DNA from: an uncultured Oscillospiraceae bacterium
GTDB lineage: Bacteria; Bacillota; Clostridia; Oscillospirales; Oscillospiraceae
Direction of reading: 5' to 3'
Length of the DNA stretch: 64,000 nucleotides
Assembly: GCA_964446815.1 (NCBI GenBank)
Contig: CAYUQN010000002.1
Span: 5,463-69,462, forward strand
The notes beneath the pieces were generated by a model. That model ran no database searches. It was not told the DNA's origin and was given only the letters and a program-made list of their open reading frames with translations. The stretch's first letter is position 1. Every line of letters starts with the position of its first letter. Made by a program: the position numbers and the translations under genes. Shown here one piece after another: positions 60,920 to 64,000 of this stretch.

Positions 60920-61828
60920 TTATATATTATCAATATAGCTGCAAGCGGCGAGGGCGGCGGCGGAACCGTCGGCACAGGCGGTGGTGAGCTGACGAACGCT
61001 CTTTTTGCGGCAGTCACCGGCAACGAAAATGCCCTCGGTCATCGTGCGACAGCTTTCGTCGGAATCGGCGTAGCCCCCATCATCGAGCTTAACATACTCG
61101 GCAAAAAGTGCATTGTCCGGTGCATGGCCTATTGCGACGAAAAGACCGTCGATCTCAAGCTCACGCTCCGCACCCTCTTTATCCGCAACGGTGATGCCGC
61201 AAAGCGAGGCTTCGCCGTGCAGTGCCTTTACCGTGCTGCCGAGGATAAACTCGACATTTTTCTTTTCGGACAAAGCCTCAACAAGCTTTGCCTCGCCACG
61301 GAAGCTGTCCCTACGGTGGATGAGGTAGACCTTTTCGCTTGTCTCCGAAAGGAGCATCGCATCCTGCAAGGCGGAGTTGCCGCCACCGTACACCGCAACG
61401 GGTCTGCCCTTGTAAAAGGCACCGTCACACACGGCACAGAAGCAGACGCCTGCTCCGACCAGTTCTTCTTCCCTGCAAAGTCCCATCATTCTGGGCTTTG
61501 CTCCGGTCGCTATTATGACGCTTTTTGCCTCAAACTCTCCGCCGAAGTCGGTGCGTACCCTTTTGACATTGCCGGTAAGCTCAAGCGAGACCACCTCGTC
61601 AAGCTCAAATTCCGCACCCTGCTTTTCCGCCTGAGCCATCAGCCTGTCACCGAGCTCAAGGCCGGATATCGACTCGATAGTCGGGAAATTCTCCACCTTG
61701 GGCGACCATGTTATCTGACCGCCGAAGCTGCTTTTTTCTATTACCAGAACGGACTTTCCCGCTCTGCGTGCGTAGAGGGCGGCAGTTAATCCTGCCGGCC
61801 CTCCGCCGATGACGATAATATCGTACAT
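60920..61828 (-). CDS. trxB: Thioredoxin-disulfide reductase
   Basis: It has the FAD motif IIVIGGGPAGLTAALY, the redox centre CAVCDG, and the NADPH motif VYGGGNSA. Confidence 0.95.
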   Translation of the reverse strand: MYDIIVIGGGPAGLTAALYARRAGKSVLVIEKSSFGGQITWSPKVENFPTIESISGLELGDRLMAQAEKQGAEFELDEVVSLELTGNVKRVRTDFGGEFEAKSVIIATGAKPRMMGLCREEELVGAGVCFCAVCDGAFYKGRPVAVYGGGNSALQDAMLLSETSEKVYLIHRRDSFRGEAKLVEALSEKKNVEFILGSTVKALHGEASLCGITVADKEGAERELEIDGLFVAIGHAPDNALFAEYVKLDDGGYADSDESCRTMTEGIFVAGDCRKKSVRQLTTACADGSAAALAACSYIDNI

Positions 61829-61838
61829 ACTTTTTCCT

Positions 61839-64000
61839 TTACTTAAACAAATACTGCTTTATTGCGACCGCTCCGGCGATCTTCTCAACACTGTCACCGT
61901 TTATGACGACAAGAGTCGGTGCCTGACGGATATCGTAGGATCTTGCAAGCTCCTCGTTTTCCTCGGCGTTTACCTTATCATACTCAAAGCCTGCCTTATC
62001 CAGATAGCCGTATGCCATGCGGCAATTGGGGCAATTGGTCTTGACGAAAAGGATATTCTTCTTTGCACCCTCAACAGGGCTGCACTCGCATTTATCCTCG
62101 CTCTCGGGCATATTCAGCGGTCCCTCATGGGTGAGAACGGAGGTCTCGACGTTGTATTCCTTGCGGTCTTTGTACTCCTGAGTCTTGCCGTTGTTCCAAT
62201 TCTGAACGGGACGGTAGTAGCCGGTGATGCGGCTGTAGACCTCGGCAGGCTCACCGCATTCGGGACAGATAAACTGCTCACCGGCAAGGTAGCCGTGATT
62301 CTTACATACGGAGTAGGTCGGGCTGATGGTGTAGTACGGAAGCTTGTAGTTTTCCGCTATCTTGCGAACGAGATTTGCCGCAGCCTCCCATGTGGGAAGC
62401 TTCTCACCGAGGAAGGCGTGGAACACGGTTCCGGAGGTGTAGAGAGTCTGGAGCTCGTCCTGAATGTCAAGTGCGGAGAAAATATCATCGGTGTAGCTGA
62501 CGGGGAGGTGGCTGGAGTTGGTGTAGTAAGGAACACCGGATGCCTCGTTTGCAGTGATGATATCGGGGAACTGCTCCTTGTCGTGCTTTGCAAGACGGTA
62601 GGAGGTGCTTTCCGCAGGTGTCGCCTCGAGATTGTAGAGGTCGCCGTACTGCTCCTGATAGTCGGACAGCCTCTCCCTCATGTGATTGAGCACCTTCTTG
62701 GTGAATTCCTGGCACTTCTCATGGGTCATGTCGCAGCCTATCCACTTTGCGTTGAGGCCTGCCTCGTTCATGCCGACAAGGCCGATGGTGGAGAAGTGAT
62801 TGTCAAAGGTGCCGAGGTAGTACTTGGTGTAGGGGTAAAGTCCCTCATTGAGGAGCTTGGTGATGACGGTACGCTTGATCTTGAGGGAGCGTGCTGCGAT
62901 ATCCATCATCTTGTCGAGACGCTTGAAGAAGTCTGCCTCGTCGTTTGCGAGATATGCGATACGGGGCATATTGATCGTAACAACACCGACAGAGCCGGTG
63001 CTCTCACCGGAGCCGAAGAAGCCGCCGGACTTCTTGCGAAGCTCACGGAGGTCAAGACGCAGACGGCAGCACATGGAACGAACGTCCGAGGGCTCCATAT
63101 CGGAGTTTATGTAGTTGGAGAAGTAGGGAGTGCCGTACTTTGCGGTCATCTCAAAGAGAAGTCTGTTGTTCTCGGTGGGAGTCCAGTCAAAGTCACGGGT
63201 GATGGAATAGGTGGGGATAGGGTACTGGAAGCCACGACCGTTTGCGTCACCCTCGATCATGATGTTGATGAACGCCTTGTTGACCATTGCCATTTCCTCT
63301 ACGCAATCGCCATAGGTGAAATCCTGCTCCTTGCCGCCGACTATGGCAGGCATATCCTTGAGGTCGGCGGGAACAGTCCAGTCAAGTGTGATATTGGAGA
63401 ACGGTGCCTGAGTGCCCCAACGGGAGGGAGTGTTCACACCGAAGATGAAGCTCTGGATGCACTGCTTGACTTCCTTATAGCTAAGCTTGTCGACCTTGAC
63501 AAAGGGAGCAAGGTAGGTGTCGAAGCTGGAGAACGCCTGTGCTCCTGCCCACTCGTTCTGCATTATGCCGAGGAAGTTTACCATCTGATTGCAGAGGGTG
63601 GAGAGGTGGCTTGCAGGTGAGGAGTTGATCTTACCCGGGATGCCGAGGCCCTGCTGGATGAGCTGCTTCAAGCTCCATCCTGCACAGTAGCCGGTGAGCA
63701 TACTGAGGTCATGCAGATGGAAATCGCAGTTGCGGTGAGCGTTTGCTATCTCCTCATCATAGATCTCACTGAGCCAGTAGTTGGCAGTGATCGCACCGCT
63801 GTTGGAAAGGATGAGTCCGCCGACGGAATAGGTGACGGTGGAGTTTTCCTTGACACGCCAGTCAAGAACATTGACATAGCTGTTGACGGTCTCCTTATAG
63901 TCAAGGTAGGTGCTCTTCATGTTGCGGAGCTTCTCTCTCTGCTTACGGTAGAGGATATATGCCTTTGCGACACCCTCATAGCCGCCCTTGGACAGGACAG
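61839..64000 (-). CDS. nrdD: Anaerobic (class III) ribonucleoside-triphosphate reductase with a C-terminal fused thioredoxin/NrdH-like domain; 5'-partial at the window edge
   Basis: The frame stays open upstream of the listed ATG (..AKAYILYRKQREKLRN, the end of an ATP-cone). It has the Zn site CPECG and the glycyl-radical motif SRITGYYRPV. A ~105-aa extension follows with a CPNC redox motif and a Trx-fold pattern. Confidence 0.9.
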   Translation of the reverse strand, partial: VLSKGGYEGVAKAYILYRKQREKLRNMKSTYLDYKETVNSYVNVLDWRVKENSTVTYSVGGLILSNSGAITANYWLSEIYDEEIANAHRNCDFHLHDLSMLTGYCAGWSLKQLIQQGLGIPGKINSSPASHLSTLCNQMVNFLGIMQNEWAGAQAFSSFDTYLAPFVKVDKLSYKEVKQCIQSFIFGVNTPSRWGTQAPFSNITLDWTVPADLKDMPAIVGGKEQDFTYGDCVEEMAMVNKAFINIMIEGDANGRGFQYPIPTYSITRDFDWTPTENNRLLFEMTAKYGTPYFSNYINSDMEPSDVRSMCCRLRLDLRELRKKSGGFFGSGESTGSVGVVTINMPRIAYLANDEADFFKRLDKMMDIAARSLKIKRTVITKLLNEGLYPYTKYYLGTFDNHFSTIGLVGMNEAGLNAKWIGCDMTHEKCQEFTKKVLNHMRERLSDYQEQYGDLYNLEATPAESTSYRLAKHDKEQFPDIITANEASGVPYYTNSSHLPVSYTDDIFSALDIQDELQTLYTSGTVFHAFLGEKLPTWEAAANLVRKIAENYKLPYYTISPTYSVCKNHGYLAGEQFICPECGEPAEVYSRITGYYRPVQNWNNGKTQEYKDRKEYNVETSVLTHEGPLNMPESEDKCECSPVEGAKKNILFVKTNCPNCRMAYGYLDKAGFEYDKVNAEENEELARSYDIRQAPTLVVINGDSVEKIAGAVAIKQYLFK

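Noticed and set aside
61809-63620. 603-aa plus-strand ORF antisense to nrdD
   Set aside because: The Gly/Val/Leu-rich translation has no motifs. The minus strand carries the glycyl-radical and Zn-site motifs of NrdD.

Overview
This looks like a chromosomal segment from a Gram-positive anaerobe, probably a Clostridia-class Firmicute. That is inferred from gene content: RicT/PSP1, a Clostridial TnpV, NrdD, split transketolase, and dense operons with overlapping stop and start codons. No database search was possible, so all calls rest on motifs read from the ORF translations and the DNA.

Gene order, left to right:
- 1-4.7 kb: the lower-GC edge of a mobile element. It carries a 5'-truncated SF1 helicase fused to a Vsr/DUF559-like nuclease and a DUF3320-like tail, plus TnpV.
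- 6.4-17.3 kb: a tightly packed 9-gene minus-strand operon with a divergent FucI-like gene. It encodes a GPH transporter, a YihQ-like GH31, DUF4867, a ROK regulator, an EamA exporter, an Fe-ADH, RpiB and a split transketolase. The gene content matches the sulfo-transketolase route for sulfoquinovose, but the glycosidase lacks two of the three canonical sulfonate-binding residues.
- 17.3-45 kb: tRNA-Leu(CAG), then housekeeping genes. These are PBP1A, holB, ricT, tandem CorC/CNNM paralogs, typA, rpsF-ssb-rpsR, an M29 aminopeptidase, an LRR protein, hpf, prmA, glyQS and nadE.
- 45-55 kb: tRNA-Ser(GGA), then an atypical operon encoding ABC exporter, S24-like peptidase, CpsB, an Ig-domain protein, two fused Wzz/BY-kinases, CapD and DegT. 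It contains no glycosyltransferase, flippase or polymerase. A separately terminated 43-aa peptide gene sits just upstream.
- 55-64 kb: CyuA-like, pssA, two-subunit aconitase X, MarR, a paired SMR/Gdx exporter behind a riboswitch-like leader, trxB, and a 5'-truncated nrdD with a fused CPNC redoxin domain.

Also noted: a 33-nt hairpin duplicated 12.5 kb apart, next to tRNA-Leu; a 282-bp element with 18-bp perfect inverted repeats; and a terminated ~230-nt candidate ncRNA. No CRISPR array, rRNA or transposase/integrase gene is visible in the window.
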